Shown: in pieces, positions 1 to 8,716 of the stretch
Layout: each line of letters begins with the position of its first letter
Numbering within the stretch: position 1 is the first letter of the stretch
NCBI GenBank assembly: GCA_963842945.1
Contig: CAWJIM010000004.1
Span: 1 to 64,000 of the forward strand
Reading direction: 5' to 3'
Length of the DNA: 64,000 nucleotides
From: an uncultured Gemmatimonadales bacterium
GTDB lineage: Bacteria > Gemmatimonadota > Gemmatimonadetes > Gemmatimonadales > GWC2-71-9
The notes under the pieces: model-generated
The model's input: only the letters and a program-made list of their open reading frames with translations
Databases searched by the model: none
Told to the model about the DNA's origin: nothing
Made by a program: the position numbers and the translations under genes

Positions 1-86
1 GTCGAATAGCGACGTCAACTCGCCATCCGCTTGGAGACAACCGCTCGGCCATCTCCCCCGTCCCCCTACCCAGCCGAAGTTCGTCC

Positions 87-544
87 CTACGCCTCGCCTT
101 CGGTCACGGGAACCGCATCGTCCTTGCGGAAGCGAGGAACATCGCGGCCGTCTCGTCCGGCCGCCCCGAGATCGCGACGACCTTGCCGCTGTCCGGGTGC
201 TCGACGACCTCGGGGTAGCGCATCGTCGAGACGATCAGCACCCGCGCGGGCTCGTCCGAGCGGTTCAGGACCTGGTGCGCGCCGCGGCGGCCGCTGGGGA
301 ACTCGACGACCTCGCCCTCCTCGAGCTCGCGCTCGCCGTCGCCGGTGCGCAGCGTCGGGCGGCCGGAGACCACGAACAGCATCTCCTCGTTGGCGTGGTG
401 GATGTGCAGCGGCGAGACGCGCCCGCCGGGGTCGACCTCGTAGAGCGTGGCGCCGAGCTTCTCGCCGCCGGCGCCCGCGCCGACGCGCTGGCCGCGCAGG
501 CCCGGCAGCTCGGCCTCCCACTCAGGGTTGAAGATGTTCGGCAT
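87..544 (-). CDS. Cupin-domain protein (probable 1-nt indel near 135)
   Basis: MPNIFNPEWE...SPLHIHHANEEMLFVVSG...FPSGRRGAHQVLN carries cupin motifs 1 and 2. A plausible C-terminus FRKDDAVPVTEGEA* lies in the adjacent frame, ending at 87. Confidence 0.8.
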
Positions 545-549
545 TCCGC

Positions 550-1264
550 GATGATCGCCGACGGCGCAGGCCGATGACGGCCAGGGCGGCGACGAGGGGC
601 GCGGCGAGCGGCAGCAGGACCTCGCGGCGTCGCATTCTCCCGCCTCGTCGCAGCGGTCGAACGTGCACGGCCGGGCGGCGCGGGCGAACGCCTCGGGATC
701 GGCGCGCCGATACGCCGGGCCGCGCGGGGAGTCCATCTCGCCCGGCACCAGCCGGCGCGGGCGGCGCCCCAGCGACCCGGCCAGTCCGCCCAGTCGGCGA
801 GCGGCTCCACGGGCGGGGTCACGACGGCCCCGCGGCCGTCGGCCTCGTCGTTGGGGTCCGGCCACATGCGGTCCCGGACACCGGGGCGGAAGTAGGCGGC
901 GTGGGAGCCGTTGGCGAGGTAGACAACGGGCCGCCGCCTCGCAGCTCGACGCCGACCAGGGGCAGCGCTCGGCGCCGGAGTGCTGCGAGTAGACCGCCTC
1001 GAGGCGCCCGCGGCATCCTCCGGACCTGGACCAGCTCCCAGTCGCCGGCGTGGCGGCCGGTGCGCACGATCCCGCGGTCCTGGTCGTTGCGCGCGAAGCC
1101 CAGCCAGAACTGGCGCCATTCGCCGACCCTGCGCTCGTAGACCACCGGCTCGGGCGCGAACCGCCCGGGCCGGCCACGGAGCCCGAGCGGGAGGTCTCGC
1201 GCGAGTCGTGCACGAGGACCGGGCCGAGCGTCACTGCCGCGATGAGTCCGAAAGTGGCGAGCAA
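550..1264 (-). CDS. Secreted Vps62/NPP1-like hypothetical protein, several frameshifts, 3' end approximate
   Basis: Hydrophobic N-terminus (MLATFGLIAAVTLGP). Fragments across frames: QFWLGFARND, RHAGDWELVQV, VYSQHSG, PVVYLANGSHAAY, WPGRWG. Confidence 0.5.
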
Positions 1265-1454
1265 CGTCGCCTACTGACACTAACTTGGCGCGCCGCCACT
1301 CGGCGGTGGGCAGGGCTCCCTTTGCTATCCTGCTCGGTCGCGCCTGAGCCCGCGAGGGCTCCGTGTGCGGTCAAGTCTTCGTCCGGGGGACTGGTAGCGG
1401 CAGCCGTTCCGGCCGCCAGAGCCACCCCGTCTGGATCATCAGCCGAAAGGGACC

Positions 1455-1568
1455 ATGAAGGTACGACCGTCGGTCAAGCCGATGTGCGAGAAGTGCAAGA
1501 TCATCCGCCGCCACGGCCGGGTCCTCGTCATCTGCCAGAACCCGCGACACAAGCAGCGACAGGGGTAA
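1455..1568 (+). CDS. rpmJ: 50S ribosomal protein L36 (Zn-binding C+ form)
   Basis: Manual translation gives [39 protein letters not shown]-like GAAAGGG upstream. Too short for the ORF track. Confidence 0.97.
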   Translation: MKVRPSVKPMCEKCKIIRRHGRVLVICQNPRHKQRQG

Positions 1569-1573
1569 GCGGA

Positions 1574-1760
1574 GTGGCTCGTATCGACGGGTCAACATCC
1601 CCTCAACAAGCGCGTCGAGATCGGTCTGACCTACATCTACGGGGTCGGCCGGCCGCCTCGAACGAGATCCTCGCCAAGCTGGGCATCAGCCCGGAGACCT
1701 ACGTGCGGGACCTCACCGACGACGAGATCGCGAAGCTCCGCGACATCATCGACACGGAAG
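1574..1760 (+). CDS. rpsM: 30S ribosomal protein S13, N-terminal half only (three apparent single-base deletions, then homology stops)
   Basis: GTG start after rpmJ. Reading across frames gives MARIxG-VNIP-LNKRVEIGLTYIYGVGR-xxSNEILAKLGISPETYVRDLTDDEIAKLRDIIDTE. The C-terminal EGDLRR...YRGxRH part is absent. Confidence 0.88.
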
Positions 1761-1837
1761 CAAGACGCCGAGCGAAGCCAGCAGCCAGCGCCATCACCAC
1801 GCATCGCTCAGCTCACCGCCTGCACGAGCAGGTCGAC

Positions 1838-2440
1838 CACGCCCCGAAGCTCACCTTTCCCTTGATCGTCAAGCCGCTGCAGACCGATGCCTCCGCCGGC
1901 ATTGCCCAGGCGTCGGTGGTGCAGGACCAGGAGTCGCTCGCGGAGCGCGTGGCGTTTATCCATGAGCGATTCAGCCAAGGCGCCATCGCCGAAGAGTTCG
2001 TCGACGGTCGGGAGCTTTACGTGAGCATCATTGGAAATGACGACAGCCTGGAGATCCTTCCCATCACGGAGATGGTTTTCGACAAACGGAAAACCCGACC
2101 CGAAGAACGGATCGCTACCCAGTTTGCCAAGTGGGACGAGGCGTACCGAGAACGCAAGGGAATCCGGAACGTCCTGGCTCGCCCGCTCTCGAAGGCGGTG
2201 CGCGAGCGAATCACCGAGACCTGCCGTATGGCCTACCGGGCGCTCTGGCTGCGGGATTATGGCCGTCTCGATATCCGGCTGACGGACGACGGCGGCGTCT
2301 GGGTGCTGGAAGCCAACGCGAATCCCTTCATCAGCTACGGCCACGACATGGCCAATGCCGCCGCCAAGGCGGGGATGAAATACTGTGATTTCATCCAGCG
2401 GATTGTCGACGCGGCGGTTGCCCGGTATGAGCGCGCGTAG
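1838..2440 (+). CDS. D-Ala-D-Ala ligase-like ATP-grasp enzyme, 5'-truncated
   Basis: FPLIVKP..DASAGI, AIAEEFVDGRELYVSIIGN, YGRLDIRL, VLEANANP. The N-terminal domain is missing. Confidence 0.85.
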   Translation, partial: HAPKLTFPLIVKPLQTDASAGIAQASVVQDQESLAERVAFIHERFSQGAIAEEFVDGRELYVSIIGNDDSLEILPITEMVFDKRKTRPEERIATQFAKWDEAYRERKGIRNVLARPLSKAVRERITETCRMAYRALWLRDYGRLDIRLTDDGGVWVLEANANPFISYGHDMANAAAKAGMKYCDFIQRIVDAAVARYERA

Positions 2441-3449
2441 GGCGCGGCGCGTTCCAGCGTGGGCCCGGGAGGTACGCTGCCTCTGCGGGCACCGGGTTCA
2501 GCGCTACATGGGATTCTGTTCCGAGTGCGGTCGAGCCTACCGCTGGGGAGATGAAGGCGGCCTGACCGGAGCGGAGTGCTATAAGTGTGGCTGGGCCGTC
2601 TCCGACAAGTTCTCGAACTGCCCCTGGTGCGGGGCCAACATCCACGAGGAGGGCTATTCCAGCGACGAGCCGCTCAAAGCTCCCAGGGGATTTCGCATGG
2701 ATGCCCGGTGCGATTGGCGCTGCGGCGGGGGAGTGCAGTATCCCATGCAGTACTGCCCCTGGTGCAGTCGGCCGCAACACTGGAATGAGGAGGCGTTGTT
2801 CGAGGGGACCTGCCCCCACTGCGGCCGGGGCGTGGACGACCTGATGAACAGCTGCCCCTGGTGCGGCGCCGATTCCACCGGTCGCGATCTGATTCCGCGC
2901 GCGCTGACCCGGGTGCGCCGCCTCCTCCTGGTCAGCAGAATCAAGGACTGGAGGTACCGGATACTCCTTCGCCCTGGGGTCTCCGGGGTCGATCCCAAGT
3001 ATCCCAACATGGTCGAGATCGAGCAGCGCTATGTTGTCGGCAAGCGCCGGCGCGACGAAATCCCCTGGACCATGCTGGTTGGACTGATCACCCACGAGTT
3101 GGGGCACAGCTTCCTCTATCATCACTGGGAGTGGACCCGCACGCGGCAGTTTCGCCGCGCCTTCGGCGAGGTAGACAAGGCGTATCGTGGCATGGACAAT
3201 ACGTGGGTGTACTTTCAGCGGCGCAGGATCGCGATTGCCCCGTCGAATCACGTCAGCGCCTACGCGGCCAAACATCCCCAGGAAGATTTCGCAGAAACGT
3301 TCCGCTTTTATGTGACCCGCCGTGGACGACTGCGCGACCTCTTTGGAGAGTTTGGCCGAAAGCGCAAAGGCGTCATCCTCTTCGAAAAGTTTCTCGTGCT
3401 CCATGACTTCGTGCGCGCCCTCCGTGGCTGGGGCAGCCACACTGCTTGA
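2427..3449 (+). CDS. Putative zinc-binding metallopeptidase (zincin, Peptidase_Mx-like) with eight N-terminal Cys-pair knuckles
   Basis: CLCG, CSECG, CYKCG, CPWCG, CDWRCG, CPWCS, CPHCG, CPWCG, then THELGH and SAYAAKHPQEDFAETF. The ATG overlaps the end of the ATP-grasp gene. Confidence 0.82.
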   Translation: MSARRARRVPAWAREVRCLCGHRVQRYMGFCSECGRAYRWGDEGGLTGAECYKCGWAVSDKFSNCPWCGANIHEEGYSSDEPLKAPRGFRMDARCDWRCGGGVQYPMQYCPWCSRPQHWNEEALFEGTCPHCGRGVDDLMNSCPWCGADSTGRDLIPRALTRVRRLLLVSRIKDWRYRILLRPGVSGVDPKYPNMVEIEQRYVVGKRRRDEIPWTMLVGLITHELGHSFLYHHWEWTRTRQFRRAFGEVDKAYRGMDNTWVYFQRRRIAIAPSNHVSAYAAKHPQEDFAETFRFYVTRRGRLRDLFGEFGRKRKGVILFEKFLVLHDFVRALRGWGSHTA

Positions 3450-3527
3450 CACTCTCATTTTTGAGGGATACATCTGAAAACGCCGTCGTAGCCGACATCA
3501 CAGACAGAGGGATCCCGGGACTAGAAA

Positions 3528-4103
3528 TTGGGCGGAGACACTTTCTCCGCCCATTGCATTGTCCCTCCCGGACTCGGAGGCTTTCTGCTGCGCATTCTTG
3601 CACTGTCGGGTCTGACGGTATTGACCTTCACGCTCGGCAGCCTGGCCCCCGCTCCCATCGCCTTGAGGCCCGACACCAGCCGAGCCGCGCTGGCCAGTCT
3701 GGGTGAGGAGTACGGCCAGCTTCAGCAGTGGGCGGTGGCCATTCTCGCAGCCACCGACACGCTGCAGCCGGCCAGTTCTGAGCGGGCCCGAGCACTGGCC
3801 GACCAGCTGGCACGGCTCATCAGCCCGCTGGAGGGTGACTTCGAGAACACCACGGCGGCGTTATCGACCAACCAGCTGGATCTGGTGCTCCCGCTGTGGG
3901 AGCGAATGGCGTTTGCCCATGCCGGACTGGTGATGCTGCAGGAGCAGGCCGCCGCTTTGGGGCAAGACCCGGCCATGGCGCCCGGGGAGCTCCACGATCT
4001 GGCCTTCCAACTCTCGGCCGTTCTTGAGTTTGCCGAGGAGATCCAGAGCATGGTTCTCGACCAGCTCACGGTCCCGGTTGCCACATCGGTTCGAGCCCTT
4101 TAA
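3528..4103 (+). CDS. Hypothetical exported helical protein (true start probably near 3585)
   Basis: Signal-like LRILALSGLTVLTFTLGSLAPA follows a GGAGG. The remainder looks amphipathic-helical. Confidence 0.6.
   Translation: MGGDTFSAHCIVPPGLGGFLLRILALSGLTVLTFTLGSLAPAPIALRPDTSRAALASLGEEYGQLQQWAVAILAATDTLQPASSERARALADQLARLISPLEGDFENTTAALSTNQLDLVLPLWERMAFAHAGLVMLQEQAAALGQDPAMAPGELHDLAFQLSAVLEFAEEIQSMVLDQLTVPVATSVRAL
3529..3553 (+). terminator. Hairpin, possible terminator after the peptidase gene
   Basis: TGGGCGGAGA-cactt-TCTCCGCCCA, 10-bp stem with a weak T tail. Confidence 0.4.
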
Positions 4104-4220
4104 TCCCTCCTTCAAGCCGTCCTTCCAAGCCGTTCTTCCGGCGGGCAGTAACCTCCTCTATTCTCAACCTGGAAGACATACCCTAAAGTAGGGCCAGCCC
4201 CACCTCAGGATTCGGGTTCC

Positions 4221-5393
4221 GTGACGCAGCGGCTGTATTACCTAGACTCGTATCTGCGCAGCTTCGAGGCTTCGGTGGTGGAGCGAGCCGAGGATGGGAG
4301 GCGGATCTACCTGGACCGGACGGCATTCTATCCGACTTCGGGAGGTCAGCTCTACGATACCGGCCAGCTTGACGGAATCGACGTGGCCGAAGTGGTGGAT
4401 GAGGGCGAGCGGGTGGCCCACCTTCTGGTCGAGCCGTTGGTTTCGGGCCCGGTGGTCCGAGGCGACCTGAACTGGCCTCGTCGCCTGGACCACATGCAAC
4501 AGCATACGGGACAACATCTTCTGTCAGCAGTCCTGGCCGATCTCTGGAATTACACCACCACCTCGGTTCACTTGGGCGAGCTCACCTCCACCCTCGATCT
4601 GGATACCCCCCAGCTTAGCTCAGAGCAGAGCGCCCAGGCTGAGGAGCGGGCCAACCAGATCATTGCCGAGAACCGTCCCGTTACGGTCACGTTCGAGGAC
4701 GCCAGCACAGCCGCCGGATTGAGGAAGCCGTCGAGCCGCTCTGGAACCATCCGGATCGTAACGATCGAAAACTTGGATCGGAGCGCGTGCGGCGGTACCC
4801 ATGTTACGGCGACCGGTGCAATCGGCGCTGTCGTTGTCCGCAAGCTGGAGCGGGCGCGAAAGGGAGTTCGGCTGGAGTTTCTGTGCGGCCTCAGGGCGGT
4901 CCGGCGAAGCCGATTGGAATTCGAGGTTCTGTCTCACCTGGCAGCCGAGCTTTCCAGCTCGGTCGAGGAGCTTCCCCGCGTTGTCGCCAACCAGCGGGCG
5001 GACGTCAAAGCCCTTTCGGCTGCTAAACGAGAACTGGAGGTCCATCTCAGCCGGTATCGGGCGCAGGAGCTGTATGCCTCGGCCCAGCCCGACCCAACCG
5101 GCATCCGGCGAGCCACCGTTCGTTTGCCGGGCGGCGGGTTGGATGAGCTTCGAGGATTGGCTCAGGCCTTTGCTGATCTGCCGCGAGCGGTCTTCATCGG
5201 TGCCATCGAAACTCCTCCCTCGGTTCTGCTGAGTGCTGCACCGGATTCCGGTATCGATGCGGCAAACGTTCTCAAGGGGACGGTAAGCATGGCCGGCGGG
5301 CGAGGAGGCGGATCCAGCACCATGGCACAAGGGGTTCTGCCCGGCAAGGCTCAGCTCGAGCAGGTGCTCTCTGCCTTGGAGGGCACAAAATAA
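4221..5393 (+). CDS. alaX: Alanyl-tRNA editing protein (AlaX-L type, with DHHA1 domain)
   Basis: TAFYPTSGGQ, HMQQHTGQH, ACGGTH and C-terminal GGRGGG...AQG. Confidence 0.9.
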   Translation: MTQRLYYLDSYLRSFEASVVERAEDGRRIYLDRTAFYPTSGGQLYDTGQLDGIDVAEVVDEGERVAHLLVEPLVSGPVVRGDLNWPRRLDHMQQHTGQHLLSAVLADLWNYTTTSVHLGELTSTLDLDTPQLSSEQSAQAEERANQIIAENRPVTVTFEDASTAAGLRKPSSRSGTIRIVTIENLDRSACGGTHVTATGAIGAVVVRKLERARKGVRLEFLCGLRAVRRSRLEFEVLSHLAAELSSSVEELPRVVANQRADVKALSAAKRELEVHLSRYRAQELYASAQPDPTGIRRATVRLPGGGLDELRGLAQAFADLPRAVFIGAIETPPSVLLSAAPDSGIDAANVLKGTVSMAGGRGGGSSTMAQGVLPGKAQLEQVLSALEGTK

Positions 5394-5422
5394 AAGGCCC
5401 ACCCGAAAATCAGGTGGGCCTT
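5394..5422. terminator. Bidirectional intrinsic terminator between convergent alaX and sigma genes
   Basis: AAGGCCCACC-N9-GGTGGGCCTT flanked by A and T runs. Confidence 0.75.
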
Positions 5423-5441
5423 CTGTTCCGGATAAGATGGG

Positions 5442-6347
5442 TCAGGCTGCCAGCTCCCGCAGCATGTCGCCATGCTCTTCCTTCAGCTGCCGGAGTGCCC
5501 GATCGCGAAGCTGACGAATCCGCTCCCGTGTTACCCCCATCATCCGGCCGATCTCTTCCAGAGTCCGGCTGTTGCCGTCATCCAGACCGAAATACAGCCG
5601 GAGCACCTTGGCGTCGCGCGGTGGCAGGGCTGACAGTGCCAGCTCGAGATCGTGCGTTCTGCTGCTCGCCAAGGTGGAGGCGTCAGTCCCCTCCTGGGTG
5701 AGAGGAACGAATCGGTCCAACCGGCCCCGATCCTCCCCTTCTCTCATGGGCTGATCCAGACGCAGCGCCTCGATGTGAAGCGCACCGAGTGAGCGCACCG
5801 CCTCAGGCGTCAGCCCAGTGGCCGAGACCAGCTCTTCGGTTGTGGGCACCCGGCCGAGCTTCTCGGTCAGCAGGGTGGTCACCCTTCCCAGCCGGGTAAG
5901 GTCGGCGGTGCGGTTGAGCGGCAACCGTACTGGCCGTCCATGCCGTGCAATGGCCGCCTGAATCGCCTGCCGAATCCACCAGACGGCATAGGAGATGAAC
6001 TTGACGCCACGGTCGGGGTCGAACTTCCGGGCGGCGGTCATCAGACCCACGTTCCCTTCCCCGATCAGATCCATGAGAGGAACACCGCGGTTCTGAAACT
6101 TCTTCGCCACCGATACCACGAACCTGACGTTGTGCCGAGCCAGGCGCTCCTGGGCCTCTACGTCGCCCTTGAACGCACGCCGAGCCAGCGCCGTCTCTTC
6201 CCCGACCGTAAGCAGAGGAATTCGGCTGATCTCCTTCAGGTAAAAATCGAGGCTCTCACGTCCCTCGTCGACCGCTCGGGCTAGAGCCGCAGGGCGAGTC
6301 GACCGACGGCGTGTCTTCTTGGTGCCTGCCACGTTCGCTGCTCCCAT
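5442..6347 (-). CDS. RNA polymerase sigma70 factor, short RpoD/SigA-like paralogue lacking region 1.1
   Basis: Region 1.2 SLDFYLKEIS; region 2 DLIGEGNVGLMTAARKFDPDRGVKFISYAVWWIRQAI; region 4 TLEEIGRMMGVTRERIRQL. Confidence 0.93.
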   Translation of the reverse strand: MGAANVAGTKKTRRRSTRPAALARAVDEGRESLDFYLKEISRIPLLTVGEETALARRAFKGDVEAQERLARHNVRFVVSVAKKFQNRGVPLMDLIGEGNVGLMTAARKFDPDRGVKFISYAVWWIRQAIQAAIARHGRPVRLPLNRTADLTRLGRVTTLLTEKLGRVPTTEELVSATGLTPEAVRSLGALHIEALRLDQPMREGEDRGRLDRFVPLTQEGTDASTLASSRTHDLELALSALPPRDAKVLRLYFGLDDGNSRTLEEIGRMMGVTRERIRQLRDRALRQLKEEHGDMLRELAA

Positions 6348-6519
6348 CCAGTTGAGCCCCCAAGGGGCTGGAAACGACGGAATCTCTGTTAGAGCTAACA
6401 TTCAGTGCTTCCAGCCGGTTCCCCGTCGGAAGCAGTCCCGAAAGCCAGCTCCTGTTCTCTCAGACCCTTACATACTGCCTGAGACGCCTTGGCCGTCGCA
6501 TGGCGCACGCTGAACGACA

Positions 6520-6549
6520 GAGGCCGAAGCTCGTTCGAGCTTCGGCCTC
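6520..6549 (-). terminator. 13-bp hairpin downstream of the 6600-7730 gene
   Basis: GAGGCCGAAGCTC-gttc-GAGCTTCGGCCTC, perfect stem. Confidence 0.6.
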
Positions 6550-6599
6550 CGACTCCCCCGGTCCTACTGCTGAGGGGTTCCCTTGTAAGTGCTTTTATC

Positions 6600-7730
6600 C
6601 TACCAACTTAGCGTATACTGCCCACCGATGGTGTAGTAGACCTCACTGGCTCGGAGATCGCTGGCCCGATCTGCAGTCGGCCAGGAGCTCCGGTGAGTGG
6701 TCATCCCGACACGAACGGCGAAGTTCCTGATGATGTCCAAACCCAGCGTCAGTCTCTCCAGCTGATCGCTCCGGCGGGGAATCATCGGTTCGCCTCCAAA
6801 GGCAAAGGTCTTCTCCAGGGTTACCGTGACCGGGCTCCGGACCTCGGTAAGACCACCGTTGAGCGAGACAAACGTGCTCACCTCCTGGAGGGTTTCTCGT
6901 CCATCGGTGTAAATGCCCAGCTGAGAACTGGCGGTGAGGCCCTTGACCATGATGCTGGGCCCGACGCTGGCACGATAGGCGGTTCCTTTGGTGAGCACCG
7001 CGCTCCGATCAGTGGGTAACCACTCGGCGTGGGTGGCAGAGACGTGCATGGCCAGGCCATAGCTCAATCCCTCCCCCATCTTGCTGATCTCTCGAGCAAG
7101 GTCGAGAGATCCGCCTCGCTCGTCGGCACCGTAGAAGCCCTGTAGTCTGCCGCTGAATTTCCCGGTTGCCACCTCGGCCTGAAGGTTCCAGACCGTGTGG
7201 TTGAGCGCTTCCTTCAGCAGAACGGACTTGTCAGCGCTGGTCACGGCCCGCTTGGTGAACGCACTGCTCCAGCCTCCGGTGATCGCCACCGAGCGCTCAT
7301 TGCGCTCCGGCAGCTGGATGGCGATCTCGCGGTAGTACTCCCGACAATAGCTTTTCCGGCACACCACCACCTTCATCGGCTTCTTCAAAACATTGAACAG
7401 ATGTCCGTTCTCCCGCACCGCGTAGCTGGTGGGAGGAAGAGCGTCTCCGAAGTCGCTGTCCAGCCTGGCGCGCAGCTGAGATCCACGCTCCCAGTAGCGA
7501 TCCAGTCCGTTGGGAGATTCGATGCTGATGCTGTCGGCTGACGGGCTCACCACTTTCACTTCGGCCCACCCACCGGCCTGGATCACTTCGGGGGTGATGG
7601 TAAGCTCGACCGGCTCCGGACCCGGAGTGAGATTGACGGTAGAGGTGGACACGCCACAACCCTGGAGGCTCAGCGCCACGCACACTGAGGGCACCAGTGC
7701 AATCAAAAGCCTGCTGGGTAGCTGATTCAT
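6600..7730 (-). CDS. Hypothetical lipoprotein with probable C-terminal beta-barrel
   Basis: Lipobox-like LSLQGC. Alternating hydrophobic beta-strand pattern in the C-terminal part. Ends YTIGGQYTLSW. Confidence 0.65.
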   Translation of the reverse strand: MNQLPSRLLIALVPSVCVALSLQGCGVSTSTVNLTPGPEPVELTITPEVIQAGGWAEVKVVSPSADSISIESPNGLDRYWERGSQLRARLDSDFGDALPPTSYAVRENGHLFNVLKKPMKVVVCRKSYCREYYREIAIQLPERNERSVAITGGWSSAFTKRAVTSADKSVLLKEALNHTVWNLQAEVATGKFSGRLQGFYGADERGGSLDLAREISKMGEGLSYGLAMHVSATHAEWLPTDRSAVLTKGTAYRASVGPSIMVKGLTASSQLGIYTDGRETLQEVSTFVSLNGGLTEVRSPVTVTLEKTFAFGGEPMIPRRSDQLERLTLGLDIIRNFAVRVGMTTHRSSWPTADRASDLRASEVYYTIGGQYTLSW

Positions 7731-7846
7731 GGATTCCGCCGGGGAGCTGACCGTACAGAGCCTATCCGCCGGAGCCTGGAAAGCTCCTCTCGGCGGCTGT
7801 CAACGGACATTCGCGCATGAAGTTGCGCTGCGTCCCCTTAACCAAG

Positions 7847-7862
7847 CGCAAGGAGCATACCC
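7847..7862 (-). promoter_or_regulatory. Candidate sigma54 (-24/-12) promoter for the 7730 gene
   Basis: Minus strand GGGTAT-GCTCC-TTGCG (GG-N10-GC), about 115 nt upstream of the ATG. Confidence 0.5.
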
Positions 7863-7995
7863 CTGCCGGACGAGTCGATTGTATGTGGGATCGCGAAGTG
7901 AAAACATTCGCCTGACCTATGATACGCCTGCCTTTGCGAGTCCGCTAGTGACCGGCGCCACTTCCTCTGTCTGCTACACCATGTAGCATCTCAGC

Positions 7996-8658
7996 ATGTG
8001 CCCCCAGCGCGCGAGCACCACACCGCCCTCGACCGGATCCGCGGCGGACTTCATTCCTCCTCACTCCACGCTGCCCAAGCTGCGAGCAGCCGCCGCGAGC
8101 TGTCGAGGCTGTGATCTCTGGGTCGATGCCACCCAGACGGTCTTTGGTGAGGGGCCGCGCACGGCAGACGTGATGCTCGTCGGCGAGCAGCCGGGTGATC
8201 AGGAAGACCGTCAGGGTCATCCCTTCGTCGGTCCGTCGGGTCAGCTCCTCGACGCGGCGCTGGAGGAAGCCGGGATCGATCGGAGCCGGGTGTACGTCAC
8301 CAATTCCGTGAAGCATTTCAAGTTTGTGGTGATCGAGCGGGGACGCCGGCTACACAAGAAGCCCAGCGCCGCTGAGGTGCGCGCCTGTAATCCGTGGCTT
8401 CGAGAGGAGATCCGTCTGGTCAAGCCTCGAGTGGTAGTGGCGCTTGGAGCCACTGCGGCGCAAGCACTGCTGGGAAAGCAGTTCCGGGTGACGCAGGATC
8501 GCGGACGGCCGATTCCGACGGAGTTTGCCGAGGCGGTAGTAGCTACAGTGCACCCGTCGGCCGTGCTCCGGGCGCCGCCGGAAGCTCGGGACGAGGCCAG
8601 ACAGGAGTTCTTTGCGGATCTCAAGAAGGTGGCAGGCTATCTCAAGCGCATGAAGTGA
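7996..8658 (+). CDS. udgX: UdgX-family uracil-DNA binding protein (family 4 UDG, Fe-S)
   Basis: CRGCDL, VGEQPGDQED, PFVGPSG, VKHFKF...GRRLHKKP (R-loop His), TVHPSAVLR. Confidence 0.9.
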   Translation: MCPQRASTTPPSTGSAADFIPPHSTLPKLRAAAASCRGCDLWVDATQTVFGEGPRTADVMLVGEQPGDQEDRQGHPFVGPSGQLLDAALEEAGIDRSRVYVTNSVKHFKFVVIERGRRLHKKPSAAEVRACNPWLREEIRLVKPRVVVALGATAAQALLGKQFRVTQDRGRPIPTEFAEAVVATVHPSAVLRAPPEARDEARQEFFADLKKVAGYLKRMK

Positions 8659-8716
8659 CGCCTTACCCCAACGCCTTCCGAACTGCACCATTGTCTTAGT
8701 CCGAGAACCGACGCCC

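Noticed and set aside
980..2440. 486-aa ORF suggesting a novel S13-ATP-grasp fusion protein
   Set aside because: It reads through the rpmJ leader and rpmJ out of frame, an indel-damaged rpsM and a probable chimeric join, so it is not a credible single gene.
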